Of a stretch of DNA of 40,136 nt, positions 17,858 through 26,356 are shown piece after piece. The notes under the pieces are model-generated. The model was not told the DNA's origin, searched no databases, and saw nothing but the letters and a program-made list of their open reading frames with translations. Both the position numbers and the translations under genes were made by a program. Position 1 is the stretch's first letter. Every line of letters starts with the position of its first letter. Source of the stretch: a virus (taxonomy: Duplodnaviria; Caudoviricetes); IMG/VR virus record IMGVR_UViG_3300020151_001402, positions 1-40,136 of that record; one strand, 5' to 3'.

Positions 17858-18583
17858 CTAACAGACTGAAATATACATACCCTTTAAAATTATGGTAGTC
17901 TCATTATCTGTTCTAGCCTGAATAACTCCACCTTCTGATCTGATCTTGTATACATCAACATATAGGGTTTGGTTAACCGACATTTCATATGGGTATTTAT
18001 ACTTTAGCATTCCTATGTAGGCAGTTGGGGATTCTACCTTTGGAATAAATGTTCTAATCCAGGCTTCTGTGTTGTTCACGTCAGTAGCCAAGATAATGTC
18101 ATATCTTATATCTACCTTAGCACCAACTTTTAGTTGTTTAAAGTTAATTCTTTGGGTTACTGGATTCCACAAAGAAACAGAGTTAGGTGGAAGAAATTTT
18201 AAAATATTGTTTTCTTCATCATCTTTTATTATGATGTTGACCCATCCATCATCGCCTCTATTTGGTCCAAGAAAAATTGGTTCTTTATGTTTGTTTTCGT
18301 AATATGCCCAACCTGGATACTGTCCTGATGGAGAATCATAGCCTTCTGCCCCTTTACCAGGCTCACCACGCTGTCCCTGAGGTCCTACCCTACCTTGTTC
18401 TCCCTGTGGACCTTGTGGGCCTGTATCGCCCTTATCACCTTTATCGCCTTTGGGTCCTACCTCACCCTTTTCTCCTTGAATTCCAGGAACAGCGATATAC
18501 TCTGTATTAGATACATTATTTCCTTGATTTAATTTTATGGCCTCTGAGTACTTTGGCTTAGGAAAGTCCATACTCTTAGCCAT
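17858..18583 (-). CDS. collagen-like (Gly-X-Y) repeat protein
   Basis: About 15 GXY triplets from GIQGEKGEVGPKGDK to GQRGEPGKG. Confidence 0.85.
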   Translation of the reverse strand: MAKSMDFPKPKYSEAIKLNQGNNVSNTEYIAVPGIQGEKGEVGPKGDKGDKGDTGPQGPQGEQGRVGPQGQRGEPGKGAEGYDSPSGQYPGWAYYENKHKEPIFLGPNRGDDGWVNIIIKDDEENNILKFLPPNSVSLWNPVTQRINFKQLKVGAKVDIRYDIILATDVNNTEAWIRTFIPKVESPTAYIGMLKYKYPYEMSVNQTLYVDVYKIRSEGGVIQARTDNETTIILKGMYISVC

Positions 18584-18584
18584 G

Positions 18585-18668
18585 TTACTTTACCTTAAAT
18601 GTTTTTTTATTAATCTTAACAACAGGTGGAAGATTGATCTTAGGAGTTGAAACTTTTACTACTGGCAC
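18585..18668 (-). CDS. small basic peptide (27 aa)
   Basis: GTG overlaps the upstream TAG. VPVVKVSTPKINLPPVVKINKKTFKVK fills the gap to the collagen gene. Confidence 0.5.
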   Translation of the reverse strand: MPVVKVSTPKINLPPVVKINKKTFKVK

Positions 18669-19069
18669 TATAGGCTCGATCCAGAAACATCGCCAAGAAC
18701 ACAAATGGTTCCTATTACTGGAGTCCAAACAGTATCTGCGTTTATTCCAGATCCGCCCTCAATAGTTACTTCTAGATCAAAAGTTAATTCTGCTACAACT
18801 GAGCGATATGTTGTTCCCCAGTTTTCAGATATAGATGGAGGTACTTGAATCTCAACCCAGCCATTTTGGTCTACTGTTGGCAGGATATCTAAAACTGCTC
18901 CGTTTGGATCATAGGATGTTGCAACATATGTCCAGTCAGAGGTATCCCATTCGGTGGTCTCGTCATCTTCGTAAAATTCAATTTTAAGCGTAGCACTGTC
19001 CCCACGAACAACAGTCCATTGAATATTTGCTGGAGTTGCTCCATATTTTTCAGTTGTTGGGGTGCACAT
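18668..19069 (-). CDS. virion protein, BppU-N-like
   Basis: 'WTVVRGDSATLKIEF...FDLEV...WTPVIGTICVLGDV'. Leaderless ATG at 19069, 7 nt after TGGTATAAT. Confidence 0.6.
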   Translation of the reverse strand: MCTPTTEKYGATPANIQWTVVRGDSATLKIEFYEDDETTEWDTSDWTYVATSYDPNGAVLDILPTVDQNGWVEIQVPPSISENWGTTYRSVVAELTFDLEVTIEGGSGINADTVWTPVIGTICVLGDVSGSSL

Positions 19070-19093
19070 AATCTTTATTATACCATTAAATAA

Positions 19094-19146
19094 TGCTAGA
19101 CACTCAGGCGCAGTGGGTGGGGGGTAGCAACCTGAGTGCCAGCACT
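19094..19146 (-). ncRNA. candidate small hairpin RNA with C-rich loop
   Basis: Minus-strand TATAAT just upstream. Stem TGCTGGCACTCAGG / CCTGAGTGTCTAGCA closes loop TTGCTACCCCCCACCCACTGCG. Confidence 0.4.
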
Positions 19147-19358
19147 CTTTATTATATAGCATTTTTTTAAATAAATAGTATATTTAGAGATTCTTGTATT
19201 AATCCAGATTGTTATCAAATTGTTATAATACTAAATGTCCGATTTGTTATGTTATGTCTAAATAGTCCAGAGTATTGATAGTGTATACTTAAAATATATA
19301 AAGAAAAGAATATACTGTAAAAAGGTTTTTAGATATAAAGTATATTATATATAAGAGA

Positions 19359-19571
19359 TTATTTATTATGATCTTTAATGTGCTCGATCAATAGATCAAA
19401 CATCTTATCAGTTTTTTCTTCAAGTCGATTAACTGAATCTTTTAGCGATGAACCAGAATTCGGTTTAAGTTCGCTGAGGTAATGCTTAATTAAAAAATTA
19501 ATAACACCGAATATAACTCCGCCGATTGAGAGTACTGTAAGAATGAATGCAGCCCAGTCTTGTGGAGTCAT
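19359..19571 (-). CDS. small membrane protein, holin-like (actinophage type)
   Basis: One TM helix, then 'ELKPNSGSSLKDSVNRLE' and a coiled coil. Leaderless. Confidence 0.6.
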   Translation of the reverse strand: MTPQDWAAFILTVLSIGGVIFGVINFLIKHYLSELKPNSGSSLKDSVNRLEEKTDKMFDLLIEHIKDHNK

Positions 19572-19724
19572 AAGGTTTATTATATCATTATTTAAGATAC
19601 AAATCTTTAATTTCGGCGGGATACAACAAAGCCGAAAATAGAGATACCAAACCTCCCAATAGACAACCTATGGGACATACTCCCAAATATGTCTAAATAG
19701 GATGATATACGCTATAATGGGCAA

Positions 19725-19802
19725 ATGGATATAGTTTTGTTTATTGTTACGCCGATAGCAATTTCTTTATTGCTGGCTATTTGGATATGGCATAATGTCT
19801 GA
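19725..19802 (+). CDS. 25-aa membrane peptide
   Basis: TATAAT 19713-19718 + 6 nt + ATG; MDIVLFIVTPIAISLLLAIWIWHNV. Confidence 0.4.
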   Translation: MDIVLFIVTPIAISLLLAIWIWHNV

Positions 19803-19998
19803 TAACCAGGATGCTAAGGTTTGGGATTTAATTAATGGTTCGGCCAGATCACCAGAGGAAATTGCTTTATCCCGCCTCGAAATATGTAAAGGTTGTGAAT
19901 GGTTTCGTAAAAATACTCAAACCTGTCGCAAGTGTGGATGCTTTATGAAGTTAAAAACCTTAATAGATAAAGCACACTGTCCTATTGACAAATGGTAG
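19795..19998 (+). CDS. small Cys-rich protein (DUF6171-like)
   Basis: RLEICKGC...CRKCGCFM..KT......CPIDKW. Confidence 0.7.
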   Translation: MSDNQDAKVWDLINGSARSPEEIALSRLEICKGCEWFRKNTQTCRKCGCFMKLKTLIDKAHCPIDKW

Positions 19999-20224
19999 GT
20001 TTTACTTTAAATTTTCTTTGTGTGTTTCTGGTTGACCCATAGAGTTTGTTTCTACTATAGGGTTTGATTCAAAATGAAATTCTTCATCCCAGGCAGATTC
20101 TAGATTATCTAATATTTCCATACCGCCAATTATACCCCAAATCTGAAAAATTTTGTAAAACCTAAAATGGCAAAAATCTGAATATTTTTCTTAGATGTAT
20201 GATACATATAAAAGAATAAAATAA

Positions 20225-20265
20225 ATAAAAAAAATAGTGAGCACACTAGCAGGGTTTCCCCTACT
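20225..20265 (-). terminator. intrinsic terminator of the leftward early unit
   Basis: Minus strand: GTAGGG-GAAA-CCCTGC, then TAGTG-TGCT-CACTA, then a T8 run. Confidence 0.6.
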
Positions 20266-20437
20266 GTGCGACTCCTTGTAAATATCCGTCAATTCCTAGC
20301 AGATCACAAGTTACCTTAACTCTCTGGTTCTCTTTTAGAGTTGAGCGATAGAGGCTAATGAAATCATATACCTCTTGCTTAGTCATGAGGTTAATATCTT
20401 TTGTATTGCCTAGCATAGATGTTAAAGTAACTTTCAT
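20261..20437 (-). CDS. hypothetical protein (58 aa), paralogue of 22347-22532
   Basis: MKVTLTSMLGNTKDINLMTKQEVYDFISLYRSTLKENQRVKVTCDLLGIDGYLQGVAQ; below the ORF-track cutoff. Confidence 0.7.
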   Translation of the reverse strand: MKVTLTSMLGNTKDINLMTKQEVYDFISLYRSTLKENQRVKVTCDLLGIDGYLQGVAQ

Positions 20438-20551
20438 TTATTTGTTCTCATTTCTAATTGTATCAACCAAGTCAATAATGTTTAATGTTGTGCCAAAGGC
20501 TATAAGTGCAATGGTAGAAGCGAGAGCGATCTCAAGCGCAAGGATAATCAC
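20438..20551 (-). CDS. small membrane peptide (37 aa)
   Basis: GTG start after GGAGG; hydrophobic; abuts its neighbours. Confidence 0.5.
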   Translation of the reverse strand: MIILALEIALASTIALIAFGTTLNIIDLVDTIRNENK

Positions 20552-20725
20552 TTATTTAACCTCCGTTAGAGTAGTCTCTAGGACTACCCAACCTTCTAAG
20601 ACTTTTTGACTTAGGTAATCCCAAGCCTTAGTCTCGCTTTCGCATAGGGCTTGGATAGTACCTGTCCAACCCATGTTAGAACCAACCCATGTTAGTAGGT
20701 ATTGTGTTTTAGTTAATGTAGTCAT
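20552..20725 (-). CDS. hypothetical protein (57 aa)
   Basis: AGAAAGGTGG RBS, ATG 20725, MTTLTKTQYLLTWVG... Confidence 0.65.
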   Translation of the reverse strand: MTTLTKTQYLLTWVGSNMGWTGTIQALCESETKAWDYLSQKVLEGWVVLETTLTEVK

Positions 20726-20774
20726 ATTAGACCACCTTTCTTTAGAAGTTATATTTTAACTTTCTATACTTAGA

Positions 20775-20796
20775 AGTATAACACCTACCACTGACA
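20775..20796 (-). promoter_or_regulatory. RecA-NDp/PafBC-type promoter (leftward)
   Basis: TGTCAG-TGGTAGGTGT-TATACT on the minus strand. Confidence 0.7.
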
Positions 20797-20834
20797 AATT
20801 GACCCCTTTTCTCGGGCGTGTCGTAAACTATTTT

Positions 20835-20950
20835 TGTGGCGTTGATCACATATACCCTGGGAGTTTCCTGAGAATGCTCCGGCTCAGAGTTATCCACAGG
20901 GTGAGGATAGTTATGCACAGGGTGATCTTTTAAATGTGTTTAAGATCACA
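20835..20950. promoter_or_regulatory. two CRP-like boxes flanking CCGG and two DnaA boxes
   Basis: TGTGG-N6-TCACA 20835; CCGG 20879; TTATCCACA 20890; TTATGCACA 20911; TGTGT-N6-TCACA 20935. Confidence 0.6.
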
Positions 20951-20992
20951 TATCCCAAATGTCCGAATTACCCCTTAATGTCCGAGTCCATT

Positions 20993-21014
20993 TGTCAGAC
21001 CCCCCTGCTATACT
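20993..21014 (+). promoter_or_regulatory. RecA-NDp/PafBC-type promoter
   Basis: TGTCAG-N10-TATACT. Confidence 0.7.
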
Positions 21015-21062
21015 TACTAGTATAAAGAAAGTTAAAGTTTAACTTAAAGAAAGGGTCAACTA

Positions 21063-21776
21063 ATGACTAATAGAATATATGAACGAGAAATATCTCCGAC
21101 TATGGCTGAACTTATGGGCTATGGTATGTGCGAGATATGCGGTGGCGGATACATAGCCACTAAAATTTGCGTAATGTGTAAGGAGTCTAACTAATGAATA
21201 TGCTAACTCATAACTTAGGTTATATCCAGCAATATAATCGCCACCTAATGTGGAACAACCGCATAGGTTTAACTAATTGCCAATGTGCGCTATACTGCGC
21301 CTCTGATGCTAAGTATTCAGACAAAATTAGAAAGGTAACAAAATGAATTTAGAATTAAACGATGTAAAAGAATTAGCAACTAAGTACATGGGCAGCCCTG
21401 AAATGGGCAAGGCTTATTTGCTTGGATACATCTGGGCTTCGCTTAGCGATCAACAAAAGTTAGATGTATATAAATCACTTACTAAATATCTTGAGGAGAA
21501 AAACTAATGGACACACAAACAAAAGAAGCCTTTGACACTTTACTGGACGAATGCTATCCAGAAATAGAAATTGGATATTTAAAACTTAGACCGTCTCAGG
21601 TTCTTTTTAAATGTGATCCTATTGCATATAATGAAAGTTTCCTAGACTTTCAAGATGGACTAATGAAAATGGAGGACGAATAAATGAATAACTTTTTCGT
21701 AAGTGGTAACGCACTGTTTTGGTTTTGTTTTATTTCTTTATTTATTTCATTTTATTTATTCGTGAAAGGCGAATAA
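21063..21776 (+). other. operon of five coupled small ORFs (21063-21194 CxxC..CxxC; 21194-21346; 21343-21507; 21507-21683; 21684-21776 membrane peptide)
   Basis: Each ORF is 30-58 aa. They have TAATG/ATGA overlaps or abut, with AGAAAGG/GGAG RBSs. Confidence 0.7.
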
Positions 21777-21780
21777 AAAT

Positions 21781-21988
21781 CCGGCGCACTCGGGCGTGTC
21801 GCATGTGTTTAAGGTCACAATAAAACTTTCCTAGTTTACGGCGTGTCGCCTTGACTTTTTGGAATATGTCTGGTAGTATTCTCTTATACAATTAAATAAA
21901 TAGCAAATACCGTGTGACTAACCTCACATTGAATATGTCCCAAATGTCCGAATTTGGATTTGTATTTGTCAGCCCAGTAGTGTAAAAT
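21781..21988 (+). promoter_or_regulatory. intergenic regulatory module
   Basis: CCGG 21781; CTCGGGCGTGTCG 21789; TGTGT-N6-TCACA 21804; TTGACT-17-TAGTAT 21851; perfect TGTGA-N6-TCACA 21913; AAATGTCCGA 21942; TGTCAG-N10-TAAAAT 21967. Confidence 0.7.
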
Positions 21989-22017
21989 AGTAATATAAAG
22001 AAAAGGAAGTGCTAATA

Positions 22018-22239
22018 ATGGCAACTAAAATAAACATAGTGGAACTCTTAGACGGTAAGTACTACCGCTCAAACTCTCGTAATCTTGAGGGTCTTATAAC
22101 ATGGGCAGAGCCTCGCCCCTCTATCTGGTACGGTGAGAATTGTCAGGCATACCTAATCAAGGTGCGCCCTCAATATACCATAGGCTCACTACCTCAGAAA
22201 GACTTCTATGCTACCATAGCCGTTCAGGTGGGTGAGTAA
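22018..22239 (+). CDS. hypothetical protein
   Basis: AGAAAAGGAAG RBS, ATG 22018. Confidence 0.6.
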   Translation: MATKINIVELLDGKYYRSNSRNLEGLITWAEPRPSIWYGENCQAYLIKVRPQYTIGSLPQKDFYATIAVQVGE

Positions 22240-22281
22240 TGGAGATCTTCATCTGCGATAATTGCAATACCCTCGCCACCT

Positions 22282-22303
22282 TGTCGGTGGTAGGTGATAC
22301 GAT
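22282..22303 (+). promoter_or_regulatory. RecA-NDp/PafBC-type promoter
   Basis: tTGTCGG-TGGTAGGTGA-TACGAT. Confidence 0.7.
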
Positions 22304-22346
22304 AAGTATAACAAAATGTAAATGCCAAACACGAAAGGAAAACTAA

Positions 22347-22532
22347 ATGACCTATAAAGTAAATCTAGAAACCTTTAACGGAAGCGTTAAAGTTATCAGC
22401 CTGCCCTCTAAGGGTGCGGTTGCTCAATTCATCTCTACATATCCTAACACTCTACCTGTCGGGGTATCAGTAAAAGTCGCATGCGACGCTCTCTCAATTT
22501 CAGGAACACTTAAAGGAAAGGCTACACTATAA
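22347..22532 (+). CDS. hypothetical protein, paralogue of 20261-20437
   Basis: Shares the pattern KV.L....G..K.I.L..K..V..FIS.Y..TL.....VKV.CD.L.I.G.L.G. Confidence 0.7.
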   Translation: MTYKVNLETFNGSVKVISLPSKGAVAQFISTYPNTLPVGVSVKVACDALSISGTLKGKATL

Positions 22533-22738
22533 TGGTAAAAATCGAACACTATCTTAAATTCGTTACTGAGGTTGATGAAACCCACCCTGTTGCACAACGC
22601 TTGCTACAACTTTCAGAAATTGAGCAGGTACAACTTCTAGAGTCAATGCTAAAAGAATTAATTGCTCCACGCATTCAGCCTGCACTAGATGAAATAAATG
22701 AGCGAGGCACTTATGCAATTCTAAAGGTGGCCGACTAA
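22532..22738 (+). CDS. hypothetical protein
   Basis: 68 aa, coupled to neighbours by TAATG overlaps. Confidence 0.6.
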   Translation: MVKIEHYLKFVTEVDETHPVAQRLLQLSEIEQVQLLESMLKELIAPRIQPALDEINERGTYAILKVAD

Positions 22739-22908
22739 TGATGACTAGAAAAGACTATGTAGCCGTTGCAGAAATTATTTCATCTTATAAAGATTTGATA
22801 GGTGATGAATTCGTAGTAGAGGATTTGGTAGAGGATTTTTCTGCAATGTTTGAAGCAGATAATCCAAATTTCAAACACGAAGTCTTTAGAGAGGCGTGTT
22901 TAAAATGA
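22738..22908 (+). CDS. small phage protein (MTRKDY...DNPNF...F..AC)
   Basis: 56 aa; the motif is familiar from phage early genes. Confidence 0.6.
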   Translation: MMTRKDYVAVAEIISSYKDLIGDEFVVEDLVEDFSAMFEADNPNFKHEVFREACLK

Positions 22909-23054
22909 TACTAGATAATTCAACACTGATCGCAATTGTAATTGCACTTGGTAGTTCTCTTGTTACTATGATTTTATTTTGGAAACAAAATGTAGAACTA
23001 ACTAAAGAAAACTATCGCTTGCGAAATGAATTGCGTAAAGCACTAAAAGCATAA
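22905..23054 (+). CDS. small membrane/coiled-coil protein
   Basis: 49 aa; TM helix followed by a basic helix. Confidence 0.55.
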   Translation: MILDNSTLIAIVIALGSSLVTMILFWKQNVELTKENYRLRNELRKALKA

Positions 23055-23059
23055 ACAAA

Positions 23060-23087
23060 ATTCCTGAGCATGAATAAAAACTGCTTA
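23060..23087 (+). ncRNA. 3'-UTR mini-pseudoknot element, copy 1
   Basis: ATTC-CTGAGCAT-GAAT-AAAAAC-TGCTTA. Confidence 0.6.
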
Positions 23088-23104
23088 AAGTTTCAACTAA
23101 ATTT

Positions 23105-23223
23105 TGGGCCGGCCCACTTTTCCACAGGTTATCCACAGGCCATTAAGTGTGTTTAAGATCACACCCCCAAACCCCCAAAACCCCCTAAATGGATTAGTAA
23201 ATGTCTGCCTGATCTGATAGGAT
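23105..23223 (+). promoter_or_regulatory. intergenic regulatory module
   Basis: TGGGCCGGCCCA palindrome; DnaA boxes TTTTCCACA 23118 and TTATCCACA 23129; TGTGT-N6-TCACA 23148; TGTCTG-N10-TAGGAT 23202. Confidence 0.65.
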
Positions 23224-23510
23224 TAGATTATTCTAAGAAAGGGAAACTATGCGAGATTACTATGATGAATTCTATGACGATTACTATGCCACCCAAAAGG
23301 CACCTAGTGTTGATAGTTGCTATTGCACTAACTCAATGATATGCTCAATATGTATGAAAGGATATAACTAATGGGAAACTTTATTGAGGCTTTATGTATT
23401 GATTGCAGAGAAAACTTAGAAGTTGACGGCTTTCGTTGCTTTGATTGTTCACTTGACCACGACTACTCAGATGAGTTAGACTTGGCACTTACACTAGATT
23501 GGAATGAATA

Positions 23511-23720
23511 ATGGAATATAACTACTCAATAACCTTTTCGTATGACGGAGAACTTTTCTCTACTATGCGTACCGCAGACCTAATGGAAGCGGTAGATGTT
23601 TGGAATAAGTGTGTAGACTTTGGCGACGCTAAAGAATATGCAACCTATAACTTGTCAGACCCAACAGGTAAGATGTACACTAAGACTTTCTATCGTAGCG
23701 GAATGGTGAGTGTAAAATAA
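23511..23720 (+). CDS. hypothetical protein
   Basis: 69 aa; contains an internal TGTCAG-N10-TAAGAT at 23653-23674. Confidence 0.6.
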   Translation: MEYNYSITFSYDGELFSTMRTADLMEAVDVWNKCVDFGDAKEYATYNLSDPTGKMYTKTFYRSGMVSVK

Positions 23721-23864
23721 TGACAACAGGTACAGTAATCTTGTGGAAGTCTAATTGGCGTAATCCACTTATTGAAAAGATGACTCCAGATGAATTAGAT
23801 TTATTTCAGGCAGATATACAAGACGCTATTGACGGAGTAATTGAGGATTGGGAAGGTAAGTAAT

Positions 23865-24173
23865 ATGGGATCAGTAACAGCAATAGGATTAGCAGACTCA
23901 GTACTAGACTTAGAAACTCAGATACTATATCACCTTAAAGGTAATCACTATCCACCAGTACCTTCAGAGATGGTTGCACCTTGCATAGAGGCTATTGACG
24001 CTTACTATGACGAGGACTATGGGCGCTTGATAGATATGCCTATGGTTGGTAACTTTCAGATACTATACCGTGGAGAAACGCAAGCCCCTGCCCACGCTAT
24101 TGTAGATCAACACCACCTGGAATGGTTTATTCAGCCAGTAGAGGATATCCCTGATGAGTGGATCGAGGACTAA
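23865..24173 (+). CDS. hypothetical phage protein (HL..NHYPPVP family)
   Basis: GAAGG RBS, ATG 23865; 'HLKGNHYPPVP...C..AI...HHLE.F'. Confidence 0.65.
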   Translation: MGSVTAIGLADSVLDLETQILYHLKGNHYPPVPSEMVAPCIEAIDAYYDEDYGRLIDMPMVGNFQILYRGETQAPAHAIVDQHHLEWFIQPVEDIPDEWIED

Positions 24174-24383
24174 TGAGTGATTGGACAGTTTGGGTAGGTG
24201 GCGGGGAGTATACCTCCCACTACCTATCACTTAATCAAGCAAGCGACCTTGTTGAATACCTTAAGTGGGATTTAAACTATGATGATGTATTTATGGAATG
24301 TGTGAATGAATAAAGACTTTTACATTCCCCACTCAAAATACTGCGATTGTGATGAATGTCTATCTAATGAGGAGAACATATAA

Positions 24384-24623
24384 ATGACTGATACAATGTT
24401 ACACATGGAACTAGTTAAAGCGGATATCCTAACACCTGGACAGTTAATGATAGGTGATCTAATTGGTATTGATGAGGATATCGTAGAAGTCTTAGAAGTT
24501 GTCGATCATGAAAACGGAAGCGACTTTTATATTGACTATCAAAATGAATTTGGTGAAGTAGATAGAGTCGTTGCTGAATATGACGAACTAATTTCACTCT
24601 ATGTTTTTATACAAGCAGAATAG
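24384..24623 (+). CDS. hypothetical acidic protein
   Basis: 79 aa, GAGGAG RBS. Confidence 0.6.
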   Translation: MTDTMLHMELVKADILTPGQLMIGDLIGIDEDIVEVLEVVDHENGSDFYIDYQNEFGEVDRVVAEYDELISLYVFIQAE

Positions 24624-24624
24624 A

Positions 24625-24692
24625 GGCCGGAGCGCCTGTGATGAAGATCACAATTAAGTCAAGTTGATATTTTTCCCAATTTCTGCTAAGAT
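24625..24692 (+). promoter_or_regulatory. intergenic regulatory module
   Basis: GGCCGG; perfect TGTGA-TGAAGA-TCACA 24637; TTGATA-17-TAAGAT with a leaderless ATG at 24699. Confidence 0.65.
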
Positions 24693-24698
24693 TATTAT

Positions 24699-24839
24699 AT
24701 GAAAAAGACACAAGAGGAATTACGCAGGCTTATGGAATTACGCCGTAGCAATGCAGCCTCTGCTGTGCCTAATAAAAAGAAATATAACCGAAAGAAAAGT
24801 CAGACCCTCATGCTAAAATTAAATAAAGAAAGCGAGTAA
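24699..24839 (+). CDS. small basic protein (46 aa)
   Basis: MKKTQEELRRLMELRRSNAASAVPNKKKYNRKK... Confidence 0.6.
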   Translation: MKKTQEELRRLMELRRSNAASAVPNKKKYNRKKSQTLMLKLNKESE

Positions 24840-24845
24840 CCCACC

Positions 24846-25568
24846 ATGACTAAACTACTCAGAAGCAAAGATCGGAAAGTTGCCAATGCCGTCACACCTA
24901 ATGGAAAACAAGCCAGTATCGCTAACACCTTCGGACTACCTGCAGGAAAGAACTATTCATGTCCTGGCGCTACGAGTGTCTGCGAGAGTGTTTGCTACGC
25001 TGGCAGACTTGAAAAAGTATTCCCTGCAGTAAAGAAAAACTTATTGCATAACTGGGAACTACTACGTAATGCAGACGGCCTAACTATGGTTATGCTACTC
25101 ACTGATATGATTGATGAGTTTATTGCAGACTGCGAGAAGAAAGAGGCTCCTAAGTTATTCCGCATTCACTGGGACGGCGACTTCTTTAACGATGTTTATA
25201 CTAATGCCTGGAAATTTGTAATCGAACACAACCCTGATATTCAATTCTGGGTATACACACGAGTAAAGTCTGCAGCAGTAATCCTAAAAGACATTCCTAA
25301 TCTTTCACTATACTATTCGACAGACAGTGAGAACAAGACGACAGGTATTGAACTTAAGACTGATCATGGCATTAGGCTTGCATACCTTGCTAAGAATTTT
25401 GCAATGGGCCAGGCAGATATGAAAGCGTTAACCAATAAGCCTGGTGCTAAGTGTCCTGAAAATCTAAAATCAATTCCACTTATATCACAACAGGGCAGCG
25501 CTTGCGTTTCTTGCAGTTTGTGTGTATACTCTAAAGCAGACATAGTATTTTCTGCGACTAAGAAATAG
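24846..25568 (+). CDS. Gp88-like Cys-rich phage protein (radical-SAM-related)
   Basis: FGLPAG..SCPGATSVCESVCYA, FRIHWDGDF, FWVYTR, and C-terminal CP...C..C..C. Confidence 0.7.
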   Translation: MTKLLRSKDRKVANAVTPNGKQASIANTFGLPAGKNYSCPGATSVCESVCYAGRLEKVFPAVKKNLLHNWELLRNADGLTMVMLLTDMIDEFIADCEKKEAPKLFRIHWDGDFFNDVYTNAWKFVIEHNPDIQFWVYTRVKSAAVILKDIPNLSLYYSTDSENKTTGIELKTDHGIRLAYLAKNFAMGQADMKALTNKPGAKCPENLKSIPLISQQGSACVSCSLCVYSKADIVFSATKK

Positions 25569-25640
25569 GGTCCTATGAGTAGTTGGATCTGGTTGCTTCT
25601 TTGGTTATTGATTATCTTTATGTATCAATAACTCAAGAAA

Positions 25641-25753
25641 GGCCGGAGCAAAAGTTTTGATTTGTCAAGTTACGACACGCCTTTAAGATGTGAGTTTTAT
25701 CACACCAGAAATACCCCTTACGAGTTGTTATTTATGAGATTTTTTGCTAAAAT
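25641..25753 (+). promoter_or_regulatory. intergenic regulatory module
   Basis: GGCCGG; CGACACGCC 25673; perfect TGTGA-GTTTTA-TCACA 25689; extended -10 TGCTAAAAT. Confidence 0.6.
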
Positions 25754-25794
25754 TATATTATAAGGAAAACACCACAACAGAAAGGCAATACCTA

Positions 25795-25965
25795 ATGACT
25801 CTACACGGATACACTTACCAAATCGGTGATCTATTCACCACAAGCAAGACAGGCGTTACTGGACGCATAGCAGACTTTACACCAATGTCTAACAAGGTTA
25901 CTAGAGTTAGTCTAGTTCTAGCAAACGGCTCTCGTCGCTTGGCTATGGTAAAGACAAGCAAGTAA
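25795..25965 (+). CDS. small SH3/KOW-like beta protein
   Basis: AGAAAGG RBS; 'YQIGDLFTTSKTGVTGRI'; paralogue of the next gene. Confidence 0.65.
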   Translation: MTLHGYTYQIGDLFTTSKTGVTGRIADFTPMSNKVTRVSLVLANGSRRLAMVKTSK

Positions 25966-26058
25966 TCTCAAAATATGAGATTATTAGGAAATATATTTGT
26001 ATTTCCGACATTTTTTAGATATACTAGAAATATAACCAACAACAGAAAAGGAAACAAG

Positions 26059-26220
26059 ATGACAGTAGCAACAGCACTATACAAGGTCGGCGACACTTAC
26101 ACTTCACAGAAGTCAAAGGTTACAGGCACAATTCAGGAAATCAAGCCAAACGCTAACGGCACAGTTCGTGTTAAGTTAGATGTAGAAGGCGCAACACGCT
26201 GGACTACTTGGAAGGCGTAA
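26059..26220 (+). CDS. small SH3/KOW-like beta protein
   Basis: 'YKVGDTYTSQKSKVTGTI'; own promoter TTGTAT-17-TATACT (25997-26025). Confidence 0.65.
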   Translation: MTVATALYKVGDTYTSQKSKVTGTIQEIKPNANGTVRVKLDVEGATRWTTWKA

Positions 26221-26269
26221 GCCTTTCATAGTCGCCAATGTACAGCGACTCTAAATAAGTGGCAGGAAC

Positions 26270-26297
26270 TATCCTGAGCAAGATACCAAAAGGCTCA
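26270..26297 (+). ncRNA. 3'-UTR mini-pseudoknot element, copy 2
   Basis: TATC-CTGAGCAA-GATA-CCAAAAG-GCTCA. Confidence 0.6.
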
Positions 26298-26303
26298 CTA
26301 CAA

Positions 26304-26325
26304 TGTCAGACCCCACCGCTATACT
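26304..26325 (+). promoter_or_regulatory. RecA-NDp/PafBC-type promoter
   Basis: TGTCAG-N10-TATACT. Confidence 0.7.
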
Positions 26326-26356
26326 ATAAATATACCCACCAAAGAAAAGGAAACCT

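Noticed and set aside
857-18510. Many plus-strand ORFs in the track (e.g. 857-1360, 5424-5801, 9770-10096, 12858-13226, 16251-16499)
   Set aside because: They are antisense shadows of well-supported minus-strand genes, with no RBS or motifs.
20358-20609. Plus-strand ORF of 83 aa
   Set aside because: Antisense to three coupled minus-strand small genes that have an RBS, a promoter and a paralogue.
23164-23185. Three C5 tracts upstream of a promoter
   Set aside because: Only three runs and a single occurrence; no support for a structure.
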